A DNA stretch of 64,000 bases from an uncultured Candidatus Rokubacteria bacterium (GCA_963805625.1 CAWDVE010000016.1:64001-128000); one strand, 5' to 3'; positions 19,563 through 29,149 are shown, counted from the stretch's first letter. A program made the numbers and translations. The notes: generated by a model from the sequence alone, not told the origin.

Positions 19563-19581
19563 GCCGAGTTCCGCGCCGTGG

Positions 19582-19932
19582 TTATGGCACGGGCACTGGT
19601 TCGCAGCGGTCGCTGTCCGTGCGGGTGAACAGGAGAACCCGTCCCTGCGGAGTCTTCAGGTATACGCGCGTTTCCTCGCCCTCGTACTCCAGCGGCGGGC
19701 GGTCGGAGCTCCTGAGGAACCGATCCATATCGGCTTCCGACTTCCACGTCGTGATGCTGTACCCCTTCGACCGATCCTTCTTCGAGAACAGGATGGCCCT
19801 CGAGACGAATCCCTTCGCTTTGCGCGCCAGTTCAGTGTTCCTCTTGAGCAGCCACAGCGCCTGCTCGCGGTTGGCCTCGTTGACGATGTGCAGGGTGACC
19901 AGCGTGATCATCGGCTCTTCCCCGGCTGACAT
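19582..19932 (-). CDS. Antibiotic biosynthesis monooxygenase (ABM)-like protein
   Basis: Small ferredoxin-like pattern KAKGFVS...SITTWKSEAD. RBS GAGGAG. Lies inside the ABC operon. Confidence 0.7.
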   Translation of the reverse strand: MSAGEEPMITLVTLHIVNEANREQALWLLKRNTELARKAKGFVSRAILFSKKDRSKGYSITTWKSEADMDRFLRSSDRPPLEYEGEETRVYLKTPQGRVLLFTRTDSDRCEPVPVP

Positions 19933-20080
19933 CTCCTCATGAAGTGGTCCCGTCTCCGCTATCGCGGCGATGCGACGGCCCGCGATGCAATACCCCGGAG
20001 GGCGGCGCTACGAGCTGGAAGCGTGCAGTACCCGGCTGGCCGCCCTGGCCCGGGCTGTAGAGGTCTCCGGCGTGAGGCGC

Positions 20081-21637
20081 TCAGCTCTCCAGCCAGATCT
20101 CATCGAAGTGGGTGATGGCGTCCTGCGCGTGGACAAAGCCCTTCACGTTCGAATGCAGCCCCTTGAAGTCGGAGCTGTAGTGCCAGGGCACGTACACGGC
20201 GTCCTCGTTCATCAGCTCCGAGATCTGCCGGAACACCTTGCGACGCTCCGCCTCGGTGCGCGCCGCGCGTTCCGCGAGGATCAACTCGTCCATCTTCGGG
20301 TTGCTGTAGGAGTGGTACTTGGCGTAGGAGCCCGAAGAGTGGAGTAGGATGCCCAGGTACTGGTCCGGGTCTGGCCGATATCCCCACCAGCCGAACAAGT
20401 CGATGGCCATCTTTCCGGCGCGCAACTGGTCGCGATAGCCGGCGGAGTCGATCTGCTCGATGTTCACCTTGACGCCAAGCTCCGCGGCGGTGGCCTGGAA
20501 CAGCTGCCCCGCACGCTGTTTGACCGGGTCGGGCTGCAGGGGGGCCTGGATGGTGACGGGGGCGCCGATTCCCGACTCCGCGATCAGCTTCTTAGCCATG
20601 TTCAGGTCGCGCTTGAACGGCGTGTAGTTCGGGTCGTGGAACGGGCTGCCTGGCATGATGCCGTCGTAGCCGATCGAGCCCGTGCCGAAATACGCCACCT
20701 GGTGCAGCGCCTCGCGGTCGATCGCCCACTGGAACGCCTGTCGGAACTTCTTGGACCGACCAGGGTAGGCCTCGGCGAGATTGAAACCGAAGTACTCCCA
20801 GCGGAAACCGATCTTCTCGGAGACGACGATCTCCTTGGACTGGCGCAGGCGCTGCACATCCTGCAGCGGCAGCGCCTCGGCAAGTTGCACGCCACCCGCG
20901 CGCAGCTCGGCGAGCCGCGTGCTGTCGGTCGGGATCGGGCGCAGCACTACCCGGTCGAGATACGGCTTGCCCTTGTCCCAATAGTCGCCGTTCTTCTCGA
21001 GCACGGTCCGGTTGTCCTTGGCGTACTCCGCCATCCTGAACGGCCCGGCGCCTACCGGATGCAGACTGTAATCCGCGCCCCATCTCTGGAGCGCGGCCGG
21101 GGAGCCGACGCAGCCCGTCACGTCGGTGAACGGGAACAGGAACGCCGCGAACGGCGACTTCAGCGTCAACTTGACCGTGCGCGTGTCTACTACCTCAACG
21201 GTGTCGAGGGTGCTGATCTCGCCGGCGCGGATGCCACCGGCGGCGGTGGTCTTGGGGTCGCGGATGCGGTCGATGTTGAACTTGACCGCCGCAGCGTCGA
21301 GCGGCGTGCCGTCTTGGAACTTCAGGTTGGCCCTCAGCCTCAGCACGAAGGTCCTGTCGTCGGGCTGCTCCCAGGACTCGACCAGGCCGGGCGCGAGGCG
21401 ACCTTGGGCGTTCACGCGGAACAGCGTGTCGTGGATCGCACGCGTGGCAGCGCGGCCCTGGAGGTTGCCCGTGAAATGCGGGTCAAAGGTCAACGGATCG
21501 GCAAAGATTGCGGCCGTCAGTGTGCCGCCCCGCTTGACCGCCCCGGGGGCGACCTGCGCGAGACCGGCACGCGGAACCCACAAGGCGCTCGCAGCGCTGG
21601 CCGTCATGGCCTTGAGAAAGCCTCTCCTGGTTAGCAT
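20081..21637 (-). CDS. ABC substrate-binding protein, family 5, Tat-exported
   Basis: TRRGFLK twin-arginine signal, FQDGTPLDA, PVGAGPF. Confidence 0.93.
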   Translation of the reverse strand: MLTRRGFLKAMTASAASALWVPRAGLAQVAPGAVKRGGTLTAAIFADPLTFDPHFTGNLQGRAATRAIHDTLFRVNAQGRLAPGLVESWEQPDDRTFVLRLRANLKFQDGTPLDAAAVKFNIDRIRDPKTTAAGGIRAGEISTLDTVEVVDTRTVKLTLKSPFAAFLFPFTDVTGCVGSPAALQRWGADYSLHPVGAGPFRMAEYAKDNRTVLEKNGDYWDKGKPYLDRVVLRPIPTDSTRLAELRAGGVQLAEALPLQDVQRLRQSKEIVVSEKIGFRWEYFGFNLAEAYPGRSKKFRQAFQWAIDREALHQVAYFGTGSIGYDGIMPGSPFHDPNYTPFKRDLNMAKKLIAESGIGAPVTIQAPLQPDPVKQRAGQLFQATAAELGVKVNIEQIDSAGYRDQLRAGKMAIDLFGWWGYRPDPDQYLGILLHSSGSYAKYHSYSNPKMDELILAERAARTEAERRKVFRQISELMNEDAVYVPWHYSSDFKGLHSNVKGFVHAQDAITHFDEIWLES

Positions 21638-21962
21638 GGTCGAGGACCTCCCGGGGGTGATGGGTCTTCGTTCAGGCGTCTCTCGCCATCGAACGCCACG
21701 CGGGCTGGCCCGCCGTGGCCGAGGCCGCGGATTCCGGTCGATTATATCAAGAGGCAGACTCGGGCGGCGGCCTTTCAACGATGGTTCTGCGACGCAGTTG
21801 ACCGAGCGGCGCTTTGCGAGATGCTAGACCGCGCGACTGAGATGTCTCGCTTCCGGCGGCCACCGCGGCGGTCTTACGACGGTCAGCCGGCGGTTCGGGG
21901 GGGGTTGCACGAAGCAAGCCGCTCTGACATGGGCCTGTCACACCGCTGCAGGTGGCGCGGGC

Positions 21963-21977
21963 GCAGGCGTCGTGCCA
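21963..21977 (-). promoter_or_regulatory. Sigma54 promoter for the peptide ABC operon
   Basis: Minus strand TGGCACG-ACGC-CTGC. Confidence 0.55.
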
Positions 21978-22130
21978 GGCGCCGCGACGCGCCGACCGAC
22001 ATGAGGGCAGAATCAGAGTAGTCCGTGGTCTCGGCACGCTATATCTTGGAGGCGGCGGTTTCCGGGATCTAACCCTTTTTCGCAGCACCTTGCGGCATGC
22101 GCTGCAGGGACCAGATGAAAGGATTACGCC

Positions 22131-22349
22131 ATGCCGGTCGTTCGTGTCGCCTTCTATCAGGGGCGTTCGGTCGAGAAGAAGCGAGCCATCGCCGAAGCTA
22201 TCACCGATGCGCTCGTCCGCATCGGCGGATCGCAGCGCAGCGGTGTACACGTGATCTTCGAGAACATCGCCAGAGAGGACTGGGTGATCGGCGGTGCGCC
22301 TGAATTCGGGAGCCCCGCGATGAAGTCCGAGCAGCCGACGACTGGGTAG
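22131..22349 (+). CDS. 4-oxalocrotonate tautomerase family protein
   Basis: N-terminal Pro, GRSVEKKR, DWVIGG, 72 aa. Confidence 0.92.
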   Translation: MPVVRVAFYQGRSVEKKRAIAEAITDALVRIGGSQRSGVHVIFENIAREDWVIGGAPEFGSPAMKSEQPTTG

Positions 22350-22375
22350 TTCAACGCCCGTTGCGCGGGGAGGAA

Positions 22376-23425
22376 ATGCCGGTGCGCCCGGTTCTCAGCG
22401 TCTTACTGAATGCCGAGTACTCCACCTCCAGGCTCGTCGATCTAGGGCGGGTCAGCGAAGACGTCGGGTATCACGGCCTGTGGTACACCGATCTCCGCTT
22501 CGCTCACGACTGCTTCATCGGGCTGGCGGCAATCGCGCCCAAGACCCGCAGGATCCTGTTGGGGCCGGGCGTTGTCGATCCCTACTCGCGCCATCCCTCC
22601 GCGATCGCGAGTGCCATCGCCACGTTGGACGAGATGACTGGCGGCCGCGCGATCCTGGGGCTCGGCGTCGGAGGTCAGGGCCTCCGGCAACTGGGCATCG
22701 AGCACAAGCTGCCTGTGGCGGCGATGCGCGAGGCGGTCGAGATGATCCGCGGCCTGCTCGGCGGCGCGGAGTACTCGGCGCAGGGCAAGGTGATCTCGCT
22801 GAGTCCGGCAAAGCTGTCGGTCGAGCCAGTGCAGAAGCGCGTGCCGATCTATTTCGCCACGCACGGAGCCCAGGTCACCAAGCTGGCCGGGGAGGTGGCC
22901 GACGGCGTGCTGATCGCTAACACGCTGAACCTGACGGCCTTCGACTTCTACGTGAAGCAGCTCGAGGCGGGAATGGCCAAGGCAAATCGCCCCGCCGGCT
23001 CGGTAGATGTGGGCTTACGGGTCGAGGCCTGCATCGCGGACGAAGACGAAGCTGCCTTTGCCATCATGCGTCGGCGCGTGGCCTCGCGCGTGCTGGCGCA
23101 GTATCCGCACTGGGAGTATCTCGACTCGATCGGCATCCGGCTGCCCGAAGCGTTCGTCGAGATCGCCAAGCGGCCCGATCGGGCCAAGGCGGATGCTGAA
23201 GCGGCGCCGCTGATGCCACGGGAGGTTGTGGAGTCAATGGTGCTGGCGGGCAATCCGGAACGGTGCGCCGAGCAGCTCGCCCGAGGGCTAGGCCCCAAGG
23301 TCACGCACCTGACCGTGCGCCCGCACGCCGTGCCCGGCCAGGACGTGGCCGACGTCATCCGCGCTTTCGCACAGGACGTTGTGCCGCGCGTCCTTCGGAT
23401 GAAGAGGACGGGTACCGGCTCCTGA
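22376..23425 (+). CDS. LLM class flavin/F420-dependent oxidoreductase
   Basis: LGPGVVDPYSRHP, ATLDEMTGGRAILGLG, LAGEVADGV. Confidence 0.92.
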   Translation: MPVRPVLSVLLNAEYSTSRLVDLGRVSEDVGYHGLWYTDLRFAHDCFIGLAAIAPKTRRILLGPGVVDPYSRHPSAIASAIATLDEMTGGRAILGLGVGGQGLRQLGIEHKLPVAAMREAVEMIRGLLGGAEYSAQGKVISLSPAKLSVEPVQKRVPIYFATHGAQVTKLAGEVADGVLIANTLNLTAFDFYVKQLEAGMAKANRPAGSVDVGLRVEACIADEDEAAFAIMRRRVASRVLAQYPHWEYLDSIGIRLPEAFVEIAKRPDRAKADAEAAPLMPREVVESMVLAGNPERCAEQLARGLGPKVTHLTVRPHAVPGQDVADVIRAFAQDVVPRVLRMKRTGTGS

Positions 23426-23533
23426 CCGGAACTCTGGTAGTGCGCGACGTCAGATCCTTCCGGGGGGTGGACGGACAACCCGCGGACGGTAAGGGATGAG
23501 TGTGTCACGCGCGGCGCGACCACCGGGAGCCAG

Positions 23534-25879
23534 TCAGGGATAGAGCAGGTACGGCGCCCGGCGCGCCTCGAACGCGACCTCGTCGGATTCGAGCCAGCGC
23601 CATACGCTGGCCATCGGGTCCCCGCGCAGGAAGGCCCAGATGGTGGTGCGGTTGACGAGGAGGTCCTGGATCGCCGCGGACCGGTAAGCCGAGTAGCGAG
23701 CCGCAAGCGTACGCCCGAGCACCAGGCCGAGCCGGACGGGCCGGAGCGTCTCCCGGTCCATGACGACGACGCGGACGCCGCCGATTCGCTGGCCCGCGTA
23801 CTCACTCGTCGTCGGCGTGAACCAGACGGGCTCGAACCGGACCCCGGGGAGACCGGCGGCCGACATAGCATCCGCAAGCGCCGGAGGATCCGTGATCCAG
23901 GGCGCCCCCACGAGCTCGAAGGGAGTCGCCGTCCCGCGGCCCACGGACACGTTGCTCGCCTCCAGGAGGCCGAGGCCCGCATAGAGGAGCGCCTCCCCGG
24001 GCGAGCGGATGTTCGGCGAGGGGTTCACCCACGGCAGTCCCGTCTGGTCGAACCACTGCTGGCGCCGCCAGCCTTCCAGGGCGACCACAGTCAGGGAAAC
24101 CGGCAGGTGGCGTTCGCCCGCGACGAGTCGCGCAAACTCGCCCATCGTCAGTCCCGTGCGGACCGGCACCGGGTGGGCTGCGGTGAATGAGCGCAGGTCG
24201 GGGTCCATCAGCGGCCCCTCGATGTACCGGCCGGTGATGGGATTCGGCCGGTCCAGGACCACGACCCTCACCCCCCGGCGACTGGCCTCCTCGAGGAGGT
24301 ACACGAGCGTCGTCAGGTACGTGTAGTAACGAACGCCGATGTCCTGAAGATCCACGACGACGGTGTCGACACCGGCCAGCATCGCCGGAGTGGGCCGCCG
24401 GTCGGAGCCATACAGGCTCCAGACAGGCAGTCCCGTGAGCGGGTCACGTCCATGCGGGATCGCGCGGTCCGCCGCCCCGTCGAGCCCATGCTCGGGGACC
24501 AGGATCGCCCGGAGCCGCACGCCCGGAGCGGCCGAAACGAGGTCGATCCCTCGCCGCCCGCTGGCATCGAGCCCGCTCTGGTTCGTGAGGAGCGCCACCG
24601 TCCGTCCGTTGAGAGAGCGGAAGCCGTCTGCGACGAGACGGTCCAGGCCTGTCCGGACCGCCTCCGGCTCGCCGACGGGGGCGGCGGTGGGCTCGGGACC
24701 TCCCGACCCGCGCGTGAGCGTCGCAGGAGGCGCGCTGCCGAACAGCGCGGCGCCGATTGCGCTGCTCGTCGCCCGCCGGAGCTCGGCGATCCGCCCCTGA
24801 CCGGCCGGATGGACGCGGCTCGTCAGCAGCACGAGATAGGTGCGGCTCGCGGGATCCAGCCAGAGCGCCGTGCCCGTGTAGCCGGTGTGCCCGATCGAAC
24901 CGGAAGGGAAGAATAGACCGAGCGTCCGAGCGTACGGCGAGGCCATGTCCCATCCGAGGGTCCGCGTCACCTCTCCGACGCTGTGTGGCTCGAACATGAG
25001 GCGCACCGTGCCCTCTTGCAGGACCCGGCGCCCGTCCAGGACCCCCCCGGCCAGGAGCATCCGGCAGAACCGTGCAAGATCATCCGCGGTGGCGAAGAGC
25101 CCGGCATGCCCCGCCACGCCTCCCAGCATGCGTGCGTGGGGGTCGTGCACCTCGCCGCGCAGGGACAGGCCGCGTACGCGCTCCGTCGGCGCGATCCGGC
25201 TGCGCCAGGCCGCCGGCGGCCGGAACGCCGTCGACCGCATCCCGAGGGGCTCGTATAGCCGACGGCGGGCGAACTCGTCGAGCCCGATCCCGCTGACCCG
25301 GCGCACGAGCTCTCCCAGTACGATGAACCCGGAATCGACGTACTGGAAGGTCTCGCCGGGTGGGGCCGTGGGAGCGAGGCGGGCAAGGGTCCGGAGGTAG
25401 CCGGCCAGGGTGAGCGGCGATTCGAGGCGCCCTGCCAGCTCGGGTAGGCCGGAAGTGTGGAGGAGCAAGCGTCGTGGCGTCACCCCCTTCCAGCCCGCCT
25501 CCGCGAGCTCTGGCACGTATCGACCGACCGGGGCGTCCAGGTCGAGTCGGCCCTCTTCCCAGAGAGCGAGCACGGCCGGGGTCGTCGCGACGACCTTGGT
25601 CAGCGAGGCCAGGTCGAACACAGAGTCCGGTGAGATCGGCTCGCGGGTGGGCTCGATCGCCCGCCAGCCTAGCGAGGCTCGATAGAGCACCCGGTCGTCC
25701 CGACCCACGACGAAGACGGCGCCGGGAATGTCACCCGCGACGAGGGCATCGCGGATCGCCGTATCCAGGGTCGCTGCGGGAAGGGCGGTGCTGTCCCGAC
25801 CGTCGTCGGCTCGCGCCGAGCCCACGACCCCGAGGCAGCCGGCCAGCACCCAGACAGGCCAGCGCGGGAAACCCGCCAT
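23534..25879 (-). CDS. Serine hydrolase (beta-lactamase family) fused to NamZ/DUF1343 exo-beta-N-acetylmuramidase
   Basis: FDLASLTK (SxxK), GHTGYTG, then PEHG, DLQDIGVRYYTY, VLDRPNP, PSPN. Confidence 0.9.
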   Translation of the reverse strand: MAGFPRWPVWVLAGCLGVVGSARADDGRDSTALPAATLDTAIRDALVAGDIPGAVFVVGRDDRVLYRASLGWRAIEPTREPISPDSVFDLASLTKVVATTPAVLALWEEGRLDLDAPVGRYVPELAEAGWKGVTPRRLLLHTSGLPELAGRLESPLTLAGYLRTLARLAPTAPPGETFQYVDSGFIVLGELVRRVSGIGLDEFARRRLYEPLGMRSTAFRPPAAWRSRIAPTERVRGLSLRGEVHDPHARMLGGVAGHAGLFATADDLARFCRMLLAGGVLDGRRVLQEGTVRLMFEPHSVGEVTRTLGWDMASPYARTLGLFFPSGSIGHTGYTGTALWLDPASRTYLVLLTSRVHPAGQGRIAELRRATSSAIGAALFGSAPPATLTRGSGGPEPTAAPVGEPEAVRTGLDRLVADGFRSLNGRTVALLTNQSGLDASGRRGIDLVSAAPGVRLRAILVPEHGLDGAADRAIPHGRDPLTGLPVWSLYGSDRRPTPAMLAGVDTVVVDLQDIGVRYYTYLTTLVYLLEEASRRGVRVVVLDRPNPITGRYIEGPLMDPDLRSFTAAHPVPVRTGLTMGEFARLVAGERHLPVSLTVVALEGWRRQQWFDQTGLPWVNPSPNIRSPGEALLYAGLGLLEASNVSVGRGTATPFELVGAPWITDPPALADAMSAAGLPGVRFEPVWFTPTTSEYAGQRIGGVRVVVMDRETLRPVRLGLVLGRTLAARYSAYRSAAIQDLLVNRTTIWAFLRGDPMASVWRWLESDEVAFEARRAPYLLYP

Positions 25880-26033
25880 ACGCAGGATGCTACACTCCGG
25901 GCCCGATGGGGCCAAATCGAAGGTCCATACCCTGACCATCCTGCCGGGGGAATGTGATCACCCACGCCGTCGTGGCGACACCGCGCTGGTCTTCGACGTG
26001 TTGCGCTATCCCCCGCCGCCAGGGACTAGCAGA

Positions 26034-26055
26034 AGTCCAAGTCTAGTCCAAGTCT
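26034..26055. repeat. Tandem 11-bp repeat AGTCCAAGTCT, resembling an integrase arm site
   Basis: Two perfect copies about 140 bp from the tRNA-Leu fragment. Confidence 0.6.
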
Positions 26056-26192
26056 GTAGCACGCTGAGTGAGACGCCGTGTCACTCAGGCCCGTAGTGCT
26101 GTCCCAGTCAACGAGCCCGAAGCGAGCATGGACACGTGCGATTCGTGACAGGAAGCGAGTAAGAGTGAGACGAAGTGAGAGGCACAGAACGC

Positions 26193-26233
26193 GATTCTGA
26201 ATCCGGCGCGTCCGCCAGTTCCGCCCATCCCGC
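26193..26233 (-). pseudogene. Degenerate tRNA-Leu 5' half
   Basis: GCGGGATGGGCGGAACTGGCGGACGCG-CCGGA-TTCAGAA-TC: Leu-type D arm and anticodon loop. No variable arm, T arm or 3' acceptor strand. Confidence 0.75.
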
Positions 26234-26376
26234 CTCGCTGGTCCCTCTCCCGATGGTCCCCTGGTCCTTCTCGCCCCAGGGGCTGCTGGCGCCCCGCAGG
26301 CCACGATTTTTCACGCGCCCTCGGGAGCGTCCATCGGAGCGAGTGGCGCGCGGCGTGATCAGGACGGCCTACCACC

Positions 26377-26574
26377 TTATCTCTTCGGCCCCTGCTGGGC
26401 GCGGTACGCTTCGCCCTGCGCTCGGTCAGTCTCGTCGACATATTGCTCGGGGTGCGCGTCGAACCTTCGCTTGCACTCGGTCGAGCAGAAGTAGAAGGTC
26501 TGTCCCTCGTACTCGGATTGGGCTTCCGCCGAAGCGGGATTCACTTCCATCTTGCAGACCGGATCGAGCCCCAT
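26377..26574 (-). CDS. YHS domain protein
   Basis: DPVCKM...YEGQTFYFCSTEC. GGAGG RBS. Confidence 0.92.
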   Translation of the reverse strand: MGLDPVCKMEVNPASAEAQSEYEGQTFYFCSTECKRRFDAHPEQYVDETDRAQGEAYRAQQGPKR

Positions 26575-26663
26575 GGTGTTCCTCCCTCGGGGATGGCCGT
26601 GGTAAACGGGGGCGCGGGCACCCGCGACGCCGCAGCGTCCGCGCCCCCTACAGGCAAGCGGAA

Positions 26664-27449
26664 TCAGCGTCGCGGTCGCTCCTCATCCCAGTACGTTGGA
26701 CGGCGGTAGTGGGCATAGAGGCGCGACTCCAGAACCCGCTCCAGCGGCGCGTTCGGGTCGTACTCCGGCGCCGTCTCCACCGCCTTGCGAAGCAGGTCGA
26801 CGTACACGCGGGAGTCGTCCCAGCTGACGGTCTTGATCCATCCTGGCGAGATCACGACCTTGCGCCCTGGGAGCCAGTTCCGCGTGTCGACCACGAGGTA
26901 TCGGATGGCCCACGTCCTGTCGTCGACTAGGAAGTCTTCCACGTGACCGACGTCATCGTCCGCAGCCTGCACGTAGTAGCCGATCACGTCCCGGGCACTG
27001 TGGAGATGGATGTCGGCGCTCTCCCGCTCTCGCGCGACGATCTCCTCCTCGACAGGGTCCGGACGTGGGACGGGCGGCGCCCCGATCAATGGATCCCAGC
27101 CTATTCCCCAGCGGGCCGGACCCGTCCAGTAGTAGGGGTAGTCGTAGTATCGCGAGTACGCAATCTCGTGCTGGCGAGACACCGGCTTGTCAGTGTCCCA
27201 GCTCGGCGCTTGCTCGATCTGTGCCTTGCTGAGACCCACGTTCAACCGATCGCCGACCACGTCGGCGGAGTTGTGCAGGGACATCGGCGAGACGAGCACC
27301 CGGCGACCGGACAGCCATGTGCCCGTATCGACGACGAAGTAGCGGACGGTCCAGTGCTTGGCATCGAAGTACACGTCGTGGACGCTCCCAATCTCACCGT
27401 CGATTGCGCCCACGGTCAGGCCCTTCAGGGTCGAGATCCCTCGCAGCAT
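26664..27449 (-). CDS. PRC-barrel domain protein (two barrels)
   Basis: Repeated DGEIG..D..FD...W..RY.VVDT..WL.GR.V pattern. GGAGG RBS. Confidence 0.92.
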   Translation of the reverse strand: MLRGISTLKGLTVGAIDGEIGSVHDVYFDAKHWTVRYFVVDTGTWLSGRRVLVSPMSLHNSADVVGDRLNVGLSKAQIEQAPSWDTDKPVSRQHEIAYSRYYDYPYYWTGPARWGIGWDPLIGAPPVPRPDPVEEEIVARERESADIHLHSARDVIGYYVQAADDDVGHVEDFLVDDRTWAIRYLVVDTRNWLPGRKVVISPGWIKTVSWDDSRVYVDLLRKAVETAPEYDPNAPLERVLESRLYAHYRRPTYWDEERPRR

Positions 27450-27539
27450 AGCGTCCTCCATCATGGCGTCGGAGACACCCAGGCCCACGGGACGATCAGA
27501 CCTGCGCGGAGACCGTCGCCAGCCTCCACATGTCGCGCC

Positions 27540-27554
27540 GCAACTGTCGTGCCA
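27540..27554 (-). promoter_or_regulatory. Sigma54 promoter for the PRC-barrel gene
   Basis: Minus strand TGGCACG-ACAG-TTGC consensus. Palindrome CGACAccgTGTCG about 100 bp upstream. Confidence 0.8.
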
Positions 27555-27965
27555 CGAGATCCAGCCAGATCCCAGAGACCTGGGGCACACGCAGCCTAGC
27601 GGCCCCGAAGGTAAACCCTCAGTTTCGCGCGCCGTGTTGTGCCTGACAGAACCGACACCGTGTCGTGAGAACGTCATCCTGGCGAGCGAAACTCCCTGTG
27701 GCGTCGGCGCACGAGTGCGCCCGGATCACGTGCGGCGCTGCATGCGCGAGGGCCGCGCTAACGGTGGGCTGGGAATCCGCCGCACGGGCTGCGCCCGACA
27801 CGCACGGCCCTTGCGCGACGATGCTGATGCCGCCGCAGATCAGACGGACATGGCGTCGGATCCAGGGTGGCCTAGCGTGGCGCACTCGCCCTCCTGGTCC
27901 TCGGGAGCACTGTTGGTCTGCCCCTCGAGCGCGGCTCGCCCGTCAAGGCCGTGCGGTGGATGCAG

Positions 27966-27995
27966 GTCCCGTCGACCCCCCCTGAAACCCTCGGG
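27966..27995 (+). repeat. Degenerate copy of the tRNA-Asp 3' end (attR-like)
   Basis: GTCCCGTCGACCCC identical to 14031-14044, followed by TGAAACC..CGGG as in 14051-14063. Confidence 0.7.
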
Positions 27996-28070
27996 ACATA
28001 GAAGGTCGACGGCACCCCGCAGTCGCAGGGAAACCGCCGTCAAACCGGTGGCCGCCGGGGATTCCGACCG

Positions 28071-28811
28071 CTATCGTCGGGCGACCAACCGTCGGAACAC
28101 CGCTCCGTAGGTGAACCCGTAGCCCGCCGCTAGTTCGGCGGCCTGGCGCTTCACGCGCTCGCCGAGGGTGTCGCCGTCCGGCACGTTGAAGCCGGGTACC
28201 TGGCTCTCGTGACGGACGAGCGCCGCGATCTGCCGGTCGATCGAGTCTGAGACGTCCACGATCACGTCGGGCTGGTCCATGCCCCAGTACCACAGCTCGC
28301 AGACCTTGTGCGGCTCGAGGCCTTCCTCATCCACGTGCTCGGGGAAATGGAGGTGATCGCGGGCGAACGGGTAGATGGCGTCGGTCGTCACGATCCCCGC
28401 CTTCCGGTGATCGCGGTGCTGAAAGCTCTTCATGCGGTACGGATCGTGGACGAAGACGGTGTGCGGGCGGTAGCGCCGGATAGCCCGCACGACATCTCCG
28501 AGGAACTCACGGGTGTCCTCCAGACCGCCGTCCGGGTAGCCCAGCATGACGACGTGGCGGACCCCCATGAAGTCCGCGGCGGCCTGCTGCTCGTCGGCCC
28601 GGCGGGCCGCCAGCTCGGCGGGCGTCAGCGAGCGGTCTGCGGTGCCAGCTCCCCCGTTGGTGCAGAGCACGTAGGTGACCTCGCAGCCCGCGGCCACCCA
28701 CTTGGCCACCACGCCGCCCGAGCCGATCTCGGCGTCGTCCGGGTGAGCGAAGATCACCATGGCCCGGTCGGGCACCGCGGTCACGACCTCGAGCTTTTCG
28801 TCGCCGGACAC
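28071..28811 (-). CDS. PIG-L family deacetylase
   Basis: AHPDDAE, HRDH, HESQ. Confidence 0.93.
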   Translation of the reverse strand: MSGDEKLEVVTAVPDRAMVIFAHPDDAEIGSGGVVAKWVAAGCEVTYVLCTNGGAGTADRSLTPAELAARRADEQQAAADFMGVRHVVMLGYPDGGLEDTREFLGDVVRAIRRYRPHTVFVHDPYRMKSFQHRDHRKAGIVTTDAIYPFARDHLHFPEHVDEEGLEPHKVCELWYWGMDQPDVIVDVSDSIDRQIAALVRHESQVPGFNVPDGDTLGERVKRQAAELAAGYGFTYGAVFRRLVARR

Positions 28812-29069
28812 CGTTCCTCCTGGCCTGGACTCTGGAGCGCTCCGAAGACCTGATTCTCCCGACGAGCGGTGCCAACGCTACTGACCGGCCCCAGCCGCGG
28901 CCGGCCGCCCGTCGATGGGCGACGGGCGAGCGAGAATCGACCGCTAGTGTAACGCGGGCCGGGACCGGACAAGGATGCCGGGGGCTCGGCCCCGTCCCTT
29001 CTCTTGCGAAGATCTTCGAAGAATGATGGATTGCCGGGTCGAGAGATCACGGCACGGCGCGCCGCCTGA

Positions 29070-29149
29070 GTGGATCACCTCGTCGGTACGGGCGAGCAGC
29101 GGCGCGGCAGATCGAGGCCGAGCACCTTGGCGACCTTGAGATTGATCAT
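29070..29149 (-). pseudogene. ABC substrate-binding (PF04392-like) C-terminal remnant
   Basis: MINLKVAKVLGLDLP, frameshift, LLARTDEVIH. Confidence 0.7.

Larger units (their letters stand above)
14049..27979. mobile_element. Putative decayed island inserted at the tRNA-Asp 3' end
   Basis: tRNA 3' segment repeated at 27966-27979. Arm-like GGTGCCCA repeat at 14096 and 14107. Integrase remnant at about 16.3-16.45 kb. Confidence 0.5.

Noticed and set aside
25980-26200. Short repeats (GTGAGA, AGTCCAAGTCT) as a possible CRISPR array
   Set aside because: No regularly spaced 23-47-bp repeats with spacers, and no cas genes.
4399-27691. Shared 11-mer GGCGAGCGAAA at about 4399 and 27681
   Set aside because: Short, with no extension or consistent context. 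Could be chance.
4356-27995. Split tRNA trans-splicing of the 5' half (4356) with the 3' piece (27966)
   Set aside because: The 3' piece lacks the anticodon 3' strand, most of the T arm and CCA. There are no complementary leader sequences, and an intact gene exists.
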